A stretch of DNA of 64,000 nucleotides. It comes from Octopus vulgaris. Its lineage: Eukaryota. The notes beneath the pieces are model-generated. The model ran no database searches. It was not told the origin of the DNA and worked only from the letters and a program-made list of their open reading frames with translations. Numbering within the stretch: the first letter of the stretch is position 1; every line of letters starts with the position of its first letter. Position numbers and translations under genes: made by a program. Below, piece by piece: positions 54,001 through 64,000 of this stretch. Location: assembly GCA_951406725.2 (NCBI GenBank), contig OX597830.1, positions 56,048,001-56,112,000 of the forward strand, read 5' to 3'.

Positions 54001-57000
54001 AACATCATTGGCACCAAGATAAGTGTTACTTCTCCATTGCGTATATCATCTCAGGTCATTGTTTAACCAGTGTTTCCGGAAGGTTTGGGTATTTCTCTTG
54101 TCTGCAGATTTTCTTTGCAAACATTTGCTCAGTAAGTGTAGTACAGTTGTGTCGGTTGTGGTTGGTACATCATCTCTGTCTCATTTGGAATAAGGTTCAG
54201 GAAAGCATTCATTACATTGCCACATCACCAAGAATATCTTGAAGAAAACGTATCCAGATGTAACTGCATTTTTGCATCTCATGTGTGTGTGTGGTATCAT
54301 TAGTACCACTCTTCATATTGTCTGTTTCATGCAGTTTTGTAATCACAACAAAACAGATCCTCCTTTCTTGCTGCTTTGTCTCTCACCATCTTTCTGGCCT
54401 TATTTCTCCTTCCTGTTGCAATGGTTACTATAGCTGAGATATCGTTTTTCTTATTTCTTTCACCTCCCCACAATTACACTGCTGCGGCTAGATTCAAACT
54501 CTTTGCTTGAAACGCTGTCAGGAATGTCCTCAATCTTTTTCATTTCAATCAATAATTCCCGCCAACTATTTTCAATTGTGGATTATTTGATCCTGCAGAA
54601 GTCATAGAAAACAATGGTATGCTCTCTCTTTCTCTCTCTCTCTCTCCCCACCAAATTTATAAGTGATTAGATTATGTCCACTTTGTCGTGATGGGATGTA
54701 TATTTATTTTTCTCCTTCTCCTCCATCTCCACAGCATAATAATGATCCTGGAGGGTTTGGAGAATTTTTCACGTCTTTTGGAATAGAATTCAGGAAAATA
54801 CTGTATGACATCTAGCCAGGGTATCTTGAAAGAAAACTCAACCAGATCAATCGTGTCTCTCTTCTACATTTTCTCACGATATCTCCGACCATCTTTTCTC
54901 TTTCCATTGCAACTATCAACTGAGCTGTCCCTTTCTTCGTTTCATTGACCTTCCGACAATTACAATGCTGTTTAACCATGTTGCCAAAACCATGTTTCTA
55001 ACTTTGGTGCCTCGTTTTAATTGCAATGGTCACCACCAGAAATGAGATATCCATCCTCTTATTTCACTTCCCAACACTTGCTGTCCTGTCCAATCTTTCA
55101 TATGATATGTCGTCAGCTCTGTCCTTATTGATATTCTCACCAGCTGTCTAAATTCCTGTATCAGTGATCACTGATGTACAAGACATGACTATCAACAATG
55201 TATTTAATTTAATTACTGGCAGCTGTTTGTGATGTAGGAGTAGGTATGCCCTTTTATTTTTTTACCCCCACCTCTTTCGGATGATGCAGAAAGTCACAAG
55301 TGATTGACTTGGGAGGTGTTACATTCTGAGAAGTCTTCATCACTTGGTCACCTCGACCTCTGTCTGCCTTTGAAAATGGTTTCTTTCAGCTGCTCAGATA
55401 AATGGTATGCTGGTGTCGTTGTAGTAATTAGTTTTGTATATTTCGTTAGTTTCCTTTTATATATATATTTTTTTTCCTGTGCCTTTTGGTCTCTTGCTAA
55501 CTTTGCACAGTCTAACTTACAACATGGAGTAGCAGCATTTATTTTTAGGCTATGACCCCTCCCCCTAGTAATGCTACTGCTAACTAGCGGACAATGACAA
55601 ACATAAACTGGAAGATTATCTTTGTTCATATTGATCAAATGTATTTAAACGGTTAGTCATCTGGGCTGAGTGGGTATTTTTTCACCAAATACTTTTTTCT
55701 TTATTTTTGTTGTAAACCTGTTGGATTTTGTCTGTTTCTATAGTAACAGGGGTGAGTCTGTTATTTATTTTTTTCTTCTCACCCTACCCCCCATCTCCAT
55801 AAAGCTAAATATTTCCACTACAGTGACTTTGGATTCCAACTGTGATTGTCTTAAGAACTCTCAACTGTTCTTCCTTCTATTTCTTATCTATCACTGAAGC
55901 CTGTCACCAGAGACCAGGAATGAGGAAGCCACACTTACATGTATTTCTTCAATCATCAATAAAGAAAAATAAATCGAAAAGTCACTTGCTTTCTTATATT
56001 GCTATCTTGTACTGCTGCTACTCACTACCTCTTAATAATTCTGTTTTTAACTCTTTTGATACCAACCCACTTGAGACCACCCCTTGTTCTCTGATGCAAA
56101 AATCTCCATTTTAAAGTGATTTGAATTAAAACCTTCCATCAAAATTTTTAATCCACATTCCAAACACCAGCTTCATAGTGATGAAGCTATTTTGATAAAG
56201 TCTTCGTTATTTTCAAACTTAATTAAAATGTAGGCATTGTATTTCCACAAATATGGTAACAAAAGGGTTAAAGTGGTCTAAATTGAACCTTCCAATAAAA
56301 TTTCCTGTTAACTTATGTTCCGAATATCAACTTGTTAACAACAAAGTTATTTTACTAAATTCTTTTTATGTCCAAAACAAAACAAAAGCCAAGAATAGAA
56401 TAACAAGAAGTTTTCTTTGAAAGAAAAGGGCAAAATTGAAAGATTTAGATGCGTTCCATTCAGCCCTTTCCAGCATTTAAACTGGCCAGATCTGGTCTCT
56501 TACACCTCCACAATGTCATTCTAAAGATAATCACATCATCTAAATCTCAAGGCCTCAAGATAATGCATGATTAATTCACAGCAATGAATTAAAAAAGAAA
56601 AAAACTTCACATTTTATAATAATCTGAATGTGAAATGGTTAAACATTATTTTATCCAAGTAATTTGTTGCAGTTTCTTTTCTCCATAATGGTAGTTTTAC
56701 CATACACCACCTAAAATATGTTGCTATTAGAGAGTCTGCTCATGTGTTGAGGATTAAGACTAAATCCTGCACATAGTACCAGCTTAGGGAATATTTGTCA
56801 TACAATTTTAACATCCCTTTTATTTTTCTATGCACATATGAACTAGAGGGCCGTGATAAGCTCCAATGTCTACTTTGACATGGTTTCTACAACTGGATGC
56901 CCTTCCTGACACAAACCATTTCACAGTGGATACGGTGCTTTTTTTTTTTTTTTTTGTAGCACTAGTGAGGTCAGTAAGTACCTGCAAGATAAGCCCCACT

Positions 57001-57442
57001 CAACTGAGTAATGGGAGCAAGAGTAGGTGTCTTGCTGAGGATGAGAATAAACGTCTTGCTCTTCTGGTAAGACAATCGGATAAAGGAAAAGGGTGAGAAT
57101 AGTGTGACAGATAATTAAAAATAGGGAACAGGCACAGAATATTGTCTGTTATTTAGTGTTCCCTGTGTTAATTTTTGTCAATGCCTGCACTTGGAGGTAC
57201 TGATATTCACTGTGTTGTGTTTTTAAGCAAGACACTTTATTTCACATTGCTCCAGTTAACTCAGCTGTAGAAATTAGTTGTGATATCACTGGTGCCAAAC
57301 TGTATTGGCCTTTGCCTTTCCCTTGGATTACAGCAGTGGCGAGGCTGGTATGCATGGGTGATTGCTGGTCTTCCATAAACAACCTTGCCTTGCAGGGTAA
57401 ATTTCTAGCTGCAATCCCATGGTCTTTCATGACCAAAAGGGG

Positions 57443-57724
57443 TGGCACGTAAAAAGCACCAGCCGATCGTGGTCGATGCCAGTGCCACCTTGACTGGCTT
57501 CCGTGTAGGTGGCACGTAAAAACCACCAGCCGATTGTGGACATCGCCAGCCTCCCCTGGCACATAAAAAGCACCCACTACACTCACGTAGTGGTTGGCGT
57601 TAGGAAGGGCATCCAGCTGTAGAAAAACTGCCAGATCAGACTGGTGCAGCCTCCTGGCTTCCCAGACCTCAATCGAACCGTCCAACCCATGCTAGCATGG
57701 AAAACGGATGTTAAATGATGATGA
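57443..57724 (+). mobile_element. Retroposon 3' fragment, same family as 9946-10305
   Basis: gtggttggcgttaggaagggcatccagctgtagaaa..ccaacccatgctagcatggaaa..gatgatgat. Confidence 0.8.
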
Positions 57725-57838
57725 TTCCTGCATTTATTAGACTTCTTCAAAGAATAAAGTTCTAAAAGTATTATCGAACATCCTGCTTATTGTATTAAAA
57801 CATAGATGTTAAAAGATTCTTTTAAAAATAGTTGAATG

Positions 57839-58093
57839 CAGTGGTGGTCTGGCCAGTTTGCCCAATGGCAAGCGGGCTCCTGTGCCATTAGAATTCATAT
57901 ATGGGGGCCCATCCCCTCAAGTTTGAGAATTTTTTATTCACTCCTATGCATTAATTATTTCAACCTGACTATTTGTAGACAGTTGAAAAGAATACTTTTA
58001 ACAAAAAAAAAAAATTAAATGATAGCATTGTAGTTGTGGGTGGGCCCCCTTAGTCTCCTGGTAACTAATATTTTTAGACCCAGTCTGCCACTG
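57839..58093. mobile_element. hAT-superfamily MITE with perfect 8-bp TSD
   Basis: TIRs CAGTGGTGGTCTGG and CCAGTCTGCCACTG; GTTGAATG duplicated at 57831-57838 and 58094-58101. Confidence 0.8.
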
Positions 58094-58464
58094 GTTGAAT
58101 GTACATATTGCACTTTGCTGCAAATGAATGCACCTGTATTAGTTTGGTGTATTGGTAAGAGGGAACACAGTATTTAAAAAAAATATATATATATATTCTG
58201 ATATTTTAAACCCACCTTTAAAATTTGCTGACACAGCAGTTGAAAACTTCTTGTCTATGCACACACACACACACATTATACATAAAGCATAGACAGAGCT
58301 GCATTGCTTTGTAATCACTTGGCTATTTCACTGTGTGACACCTTTGGCAAGTGTCTTCTACTTGTCTGGAACTGACAAGTACCCACTGAGTGGAATTGAT
58401 ACACAGAAACTATGAAAACTTGAAGTGTGTATGCCTGAATGTTTACATTCTGTTTTCTTTCGCG

Positions 58465-58682
58465 TCGTTGCCAGTACTAACTGACTGGCTCCCGTGCCAG
58501 TGGCACGTAAAAACCACTCACTACACTCATGGAGTGGTTGGCGTTAGAAAGGGCATCCAGCTGTAGAAACTCTGCCAGATTGAGATTGGAGCCTGGTGCA
58601 GTCATCTGGTTCACCAGCCCTCAGTCAAAATCGTCCAACCCATGCTAGCATGGAAAGCAGATGTTAAACGACGATGATGATG
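58465..58682 (+). mobile_element. Retroposon 3' fragment, same family as 9946-10305
   Basis: Same core and (GAT)n tail. Confidence 0.8.
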
Positions 58683-58996
58683 AAACTGAGCAAAAACAGT
58701 GACATGTTGACATTCCCTGCTTATAATCATCCTAGTTCTGTGTTTTCAGTGATGAATGAACAAGTGTCTTCCTTTTAAAAGACAAAGGTTAAAGACAAGA
58801 AAAGCACTGTAGAATATCATTTTCATGCCCAGGTTTCCATGCTTGCACAGGTTGGGCTGAATTTCATTGAGACAGATTTCCACGGTTGGATACCTGCCTG
58901 TCACCACCCTTTATCTGTTTCCAACCAGGGTAATATTTCCTCATAATCTGGGCATGTTTTCACAGAATATTAGAAATGAGTAGCATTTATTTACAA

Positions 58997-59390
58997 CAGG
59001 AGTGGCTGTGTGGAAAGTAGCTTGCTTACCAACCACATGGTTCCAGGTTCAGTCCCACTGCATGTCATCTTGGGCAAGTGTCTTCTGCTATAGCCTCGGG
59101 CCGACCAATGCCTTGTGAGTGGATTTGGTAGACGGAAACTGAAAGAAGCCTGTCGTATATATATACATATGTATGTGTGTGTATATGTTTGTGTTTGTTT
59201 GTGTCCCCCTAGCATTGCTTGACAACCAATGCTGGTGTGTTTACGTCCCCGTCACTTAGCGGTTCGGCAAAAAGAGACCGATTGAATACGTACTGAGCTT
59301 ACAAAAGAATAAGTCTCGGGGTCGAGTTGCTTGACTAAAGGCGGTGCTCCAGCATGGCCACAGTCAAATGACTGAAACAAGTAAAAGAAA
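58997..59390 (+). mobile_element. Near full-length tRNA-derived SINE
   Basis: ggagtggctgtgtgg (A box) .. ggttcagtccc (B box), conserved core, central (TA/TG)n, A-rich tail; partial copies at ~34576 (+) and ~60712-60863 (-). Confidence 0.8.
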
Positions 59391-59988
59391 GAATCATATG
59401 ATGTCCTTAGACACAAGCACACTCATATATACACTGAACGAAGTGATGAGAAAGGATCTACAAATGTTGGGATACAGAGAGGGGACCAACACTCCTGGCA
59501 GTTTCCTGTGCTTGAAAAACACGTCAAGCTGAGTAAAAGCATGGTTGCCCTTGCATACAGGCTCATCCCTGATAATCCTCTCCAGCTGAATATCCCTAAT
59601 TTTGCAGACTCAAGTGCTAGTGCCACATAAAAAGCACCCATGCTGGTGCTGCTTAAAAGCATCCAGTACGCTCTGTAAAGTGGTTGGCACCAGAAACAAT
59701 AGAAATATACTATAAAACTTGTTCTTACTAATCTAACGAGATTTTCCCACCTGTTTTTCTGAATCAAAACAGAATCTGTGTATTTAGTTACTGACAGAGT
59801 TACATGCATGTCATATGACATTAAGTCTATTTCTCCAATTTGATTTCATATTTAATAATGTAAAGGAAATTAAAATGGACATTGTCTTCATCAATAAACT
59901 AGAGTAAGCTGTGATGTGCTTTTACCAAAACTAGTTGTTATTCAACCTAAGAAGATAGTAATATACACCCAAAAGATATATATATATA

Positions 59989-60702
59989 TCATCATCATCA
60001 TCATTTAACATCCACTTTTCATGCTGGCATGAGTTGGACGATTTGACTGAGGACTGGCAAACCAGATGGCTGCACCAGGCTCCAATCTTGACCTGGTAGA
60101 GTTTCTACAGCTGGATGCCCTTCCTAATACCAACCACTCCGAGAGTGTAGTGGGTGCTTTTATGTGCCACTCAGACAGTACTGGCAATGACCTCGCTTGA
60201 ATGGTGTTTTTTACGTGCCACCTGCATAGGAGCCAGTCCAGCAGTACTGGCAACAACCTCACTTGAATGTTTTTTTCACGTGCCACCAGCACAAGTGCCA
60301 GTAAGGTAACGCTGATAATGATCATGCTTGAATGGTGCCTTTTACGAGCCACTGGCATGGAGGCCAGTTAGCTGCTCTGGTAACGATCATGCCCGGATGG
60401 TGCTCTTAGTGTTCCACTAGCACAGATGCCAGTCATTGAATTTGATTTCAATTTCATCAAATTTGATTTATACATACATATATCATGTGTAAAAAAATTC
60501 GAGCGAGGTCGTTGCCAGCACCGCCTGACTGGACCCCGTGCCGGTGGCACATAAAAGCACCCACTACACTCTTGGAGTGGTTGGCGTTAGGAAGGGCATC
60601 CAGCTGTAGAAACTGCCAGATCAAGGCTGGAGCCTGGTTCGCCAACCCAGTCAAACCGTCCAACCCATGCTAGCATGGAAAGCGGATGTTAAATGACGAT
60701 GA
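59989..60702. mobile_element. Two head-to-head copies of the RTE-tailed retroposon (59989-60440 on -, 60496-60702 on +)
   Basis: Left copy starts catcatcatttaacatccac; right copy ends gcggatgttaaatgacgatgat; ~170-bp complementary arms. Confidence 0.8.
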
Positions 60703-60984
60703 TACATAAACGATAGGCTTCTTTCAGTTTCCATTTATAAAGTTCACTTGTAAAGTTTTGGGTCACCCAGTGTTATAATAGAAGACACTTGCCCATGGTG
60801 ACATGCAATAGGACTGAACCTGAGACCATATGATTGAATAGTGAACTTTTTAACCACTAAGCCACATTTGTGCCTTCATATTTGTATTTTCCAATTAAAA
60901 TTTTGTATCAGGTTAGTTAAACAGAAAAATGAAAAGATGGAAAAAAAAAAAAGAAAGAAAAAAAGTACTTAAATTTTTTTAATA

Positions 60985-60990
60985 TTTATT
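60985..60990 (-). terminator. Candidate polyadenylation signal of the LARP7-like gene
   Basis: TTTATT on + (AATAAA on -) downstream of the stop, followed by a U-rich tract on the - strand. Confidence 0.55.
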
Positions 60991-61043
60991 TCAAAAATGA
61001 ATTTGTATTGATTTTTCAGGAGAGAAAGTTGTAGAAATTCTAC

Positions 61044-61103
61044 TCAATCATCAAAATATGTTTTGGTGTTTTGGGTGTTGATTTTCTCCATCTTGTCAAG
61101 TAG
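61044..61103 (-). CDS. LARP7: LARP7-like terminal coding exon (LLDKMEKINTQNTKTYFDD*)
   Basis: Minus-strand tcttctctttgtttcAG acceptor, phase 0 continues KKRGTLK|LLDKMEKI (cf. KKRGTEKLITKAEKI); La-family-like ..FDD end; AATAAA ~55 nt after the stop. Confidence 0.78.
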   Translation of the reverse strand, partial: LLDKMEKINTQNTKTYFDD

Positions 61104-61377
61104 CTGAAACAAAGAGAAGACATTACATAAAATTACAAATTTCCTCTGTGTCTAGCAGTCATGTTTAACCCTTTAGCATTCAGACTGTCAAAAGTAATGC
61201 TTATTTAATAATATTGTTTTGAATTAATCATGCATTATCTTGTAGTTCTGAAATTTCAATGATGCGATTATTTTTAGAATGACATTGTCAGGAAGGTGTG
61301 AGAGGCTGGATCTGGCCAGTTTGAACATAAAACAAGTTAAATATTTGGGCTGGATATGGCTGGTCTAAATGCTATAG

Positions 61378-62061
61378 CAGGGGTTTTCAATCCTTTTTTA
61401 TCTATGGACCCCTTTGATTACTATTTTATTTTGGTGGACCCCCATAGCTATCCAATGTTTAAAAACTAGTTTTATAAAAACGTCTTTCAAAATTGCTTTT
61501 TTTTTTTTTGCACATTAACTTATGTACATTATACAGGATGGTCCGAAAGTTTTGTCACCCCCCACTGAAATGTAATAAGAACAATATAATAATATCAAAC
61601 ACATACTGGTTTTAGTATATTGACTTTCATTGACACTGACACTCACACATCGAGAAGGTCTGTATGAACACCATCATTTTCGTGGCACAAAATGATACGG
61701 TGCCATGTCCCGTGTGATATTTTACAAAAATGATGGTGTTTATACAGACCTGGATGTGTGACAGAGTCAGTGTTAATGAATGTGGATATACTAAAACCAG
61801 TACATGTGTTTGATACTATTATATTGCTCCTCTATTCTTTTTATTAATTTTCAGTAGGGGGTGACAAGACTTTCGGACCACCCTGTTCTATGTAAAATGT
61901 TAGAGAAAGAAACCTAGCTGTTTCTTGCCATATATACCAATACATACACCTAAAGCAATATTTTTTCAGGGGCTCTCATAGTGCTATTATGGATCTCCAA
62001 ATCACAATTTTGTTGCATGGATCTCCAAAAATCTTATATGGACTCCAGTTGAGAACCACTG
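61378..62061. mobile_element. hAT (Charlie-like) MITE
   Basis: CAGGGGTTTTCAA ... TTGAGAACCACTG termini; imperfect 8-bp TSD tgctatag/tgctaaat. Confidence 0.7.
61534..61885. mobile_element. Tc1/mariner-type fold-back MITE
   Basis: TA-CAGGATGGTCCGAAAGTTTTGTCACCCCC ... GGGGGTGACAAGACTTTCGGACCACCCTG; arms complementary over ~145 bp. Confidence 0.85.
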
Positions 62062-62238
62062 TGCTAAATGGATAATAGACATAGTCATGTTTAATAGACA
62101 AGGAGCTACTTTCAGCTGAATGAACCTCAATATATAACTGGTACTTAGAATTCCTGTGATGTTTGGTGTATTGTGTAAAGAGTAATACTTTTGTAAACTT
62201 GTGAGCTGTACATTTTCAGACACGAACTCAGCTCTCAT

Positions 62239-62480
62239 TTATGCCTTCCATAAATTTGTAGTGTACACTGATGGCCACACTACAGTACCTTGCTTCAGCT
62301 TATCCACCCATTTCTCAGAAAGAAGTATGCCCACACCACCTACCCTGCCACTGTTACCTTCCCAGAAGATTTTATACCTATGTGTTTTAGCTGTGAAGAA
62401 CTTGGCTGAAGCTCCTTTCCACCTTACCTCTTGGATGCAGCATACACCGACATGCCTCCACTCAAGCATCTAAACAATCT
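62239..62480 (-). mobile_element. RTE-LINE AP-endonuclease fragment
   Basis: VGVCCIQEVRWKG..YKIFWEG..GGVGILL motifs of non-LTR retrotransposon endonucleases; truncated. Confidence 0.8.
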
Positions 62481-63813
62481 CAGTCTGTAGTGGGTATCAA
62501 CAATGACCCCTTAAGTGCAGAGAGACTGAAATGGTAGATGAGGCAGAACCCAATATAGTCAATTGCTCAGAAGGCACGACTCAGACATGTGGCATATCTA
62601 GAACATTCTTTTGACAAAATGCAGACTTGTAGCCAGCATCCGTGAAAGGGATTGGGATCCCATAATGTACATAATTGCACTTGTAGTAAATTATGGATCT
62701 TAGATGGAGATCCTAGATATCCAACCTACTGAGAACAGATGACACTAACTGATCAATGAAAATTACCACCATATATAATAGCTGTCACTTGCAAGTAAGT
62801 ACAACTAGGCATCATGTGCCATGCTTTCAGTACTTGTTTTAGGTTGCTGTGTAGTTGCAAATGGACATGGACATGCTCGTGGCCCTTCCTATCCTTGAAC
62901 TTGCAGAACATCACACGTACTCATCACATTTGTTTAGATTGGACCAAACATGAAATGACATACCTTACTCAAGGACATAATGTGCCTTCTAGTTCAGGAA
63001 TATTGGCTGGATGTAACAACCAGATCTCTCTCAAAGATTCATTACCTTAATCTGTTATAACAGCAATGAGTTAATTTATCACCTAACTGCTGTTTTTCAA
63101 AAGAGAAGTCATGGGTGGCCTCTTCAAGTATATATATATCATCAACATCCTCATCCTCACTGCTTTAATGTCCACTTTCCCAAGCTTACATAGATCAGAT
63201 GGAGATTATTAAGGCAGATTTTCGATGGCTGGAAGCACTTCCTGTTTCCAAACCTATTTCCAAACAAGGTAATATTGTTTCCAATTTTGGTACAAGGACA
63301 GCAAGATCAAGGAAAAGATGATTCAATGACCCCAGTGCTCAAATGGTATTTATTTTATCAACCTTGAAAGGATGAAAGACAAAGTCGACATTGGCAGAAT
63401 TTGAACTCAGAACATGGAGAGAGACGAAATACTGCTAAGCATTTTGCTTCACATGGTAACAATTCTGTCAGTTCCACAGTGGGAAATATTGACACTCATC
63501 TACACTATTCTGCTCAAGAACAGATAAGTGTTGGCAAGAGGTAGGATATCTAACCACAGGAAATTTCCCTCAATAAACTTCATCCATCCTATACAAGCAT
63601 GGTAAAAGAGGATATTAAGATGATGATGATGCACATATTGTCATATCTATTCAAAATTCAGATATTTCTTTCTTACAGAAATAGCAACACAATTTTATTT
63701 TGCATCTTCTAAAAATGAATATACTTACTTCAATGTAGAAATATCAAGGTTCCATCTAAATAAGTTTTTTAAAAAATGGTGAAAATAAAACTGTCCCTAG
63801 ATTTTAAACAAAC

Positions 63814-63908
63814 CTTGAGTGTTCCTCTTTTCTTCACACGATGTTTCGAGTTGATCTTACTCTCTCTGTCTGCCTTGAGTTTGTCCCAGTAGCACTTCTC
63901 ATCTTCAC
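63814..63908 (-). CDS. LARP7: LARP7-like penultimate coding exon (GEDEKCYWDKLKADRESKINSKHRVKKRGTLK)
   Basis: Minus-strand ctttattgttcAG acceptor and AAG|GTTTGT donor. Peptide aligns with the LARP7 xRRM C-terminal helix as recalled (G..E..YW.K...DR..K.N....KKRGT.K). Confidence 0.8.
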
Positions 63909-64000
63909 CTGAACAATAAAGATGAATAGGAGATGAGTTTATTGTAGCAGAGACAAGAGAAAAGACAGAGAGAGTCTGCAGCATGTTCGATGTGGTCTTT

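Noticed and set aside
53960-55200. Possible decayed piggyBac-like transposase on the minus strand
   Set aside because: Only vague motif resemblance with many stops; needs a profile search.
63769-63984. ORF first read as a LINE endonuclease fragment
   Set aside because: Better explained by a spliced LARP7-like exon (63814-63908) plus intron read-through.

Overview
AT-rich, repeat-dense eukaryotic DNA. The SINE/RTE repeats resemble those of octopus, so a cephalopod origin is inferred. The + strand carries a spliced SMARCE1/BAF57 gene (SWI/SNF HMG-box subunit). It has 16 phase-compatible coding exons from ATG 10798 to TGA 51000, about 794 aa if all are used. Its last intron holds an intact 353-codon DD34D mariner transposase ORF (49315-50376) with no visible terminal inverted repeats. 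A strong phase-1 splice acceptor (AG 49269-49270) precedes that ORF, in frame with the upstream SMARCE1 exon. This predicts an alternative ~1117-aa SMARCE1-transposase fusion protein, a candidate host-transposase fusion analogous to SETMAR and CSB-PGBD3. The last two coding exons of a convergent LARP7-like gene lie on the - strand at the right end. The remainder is SINEs, RTE-LINE fragments (one 5'-inverted with a TSD), nested MITEs, fold-back palindromes, a minimal hammerhead-like motif and intronic RNA stems. All exon calls come from manual reading and need RNA-seq confirmation.
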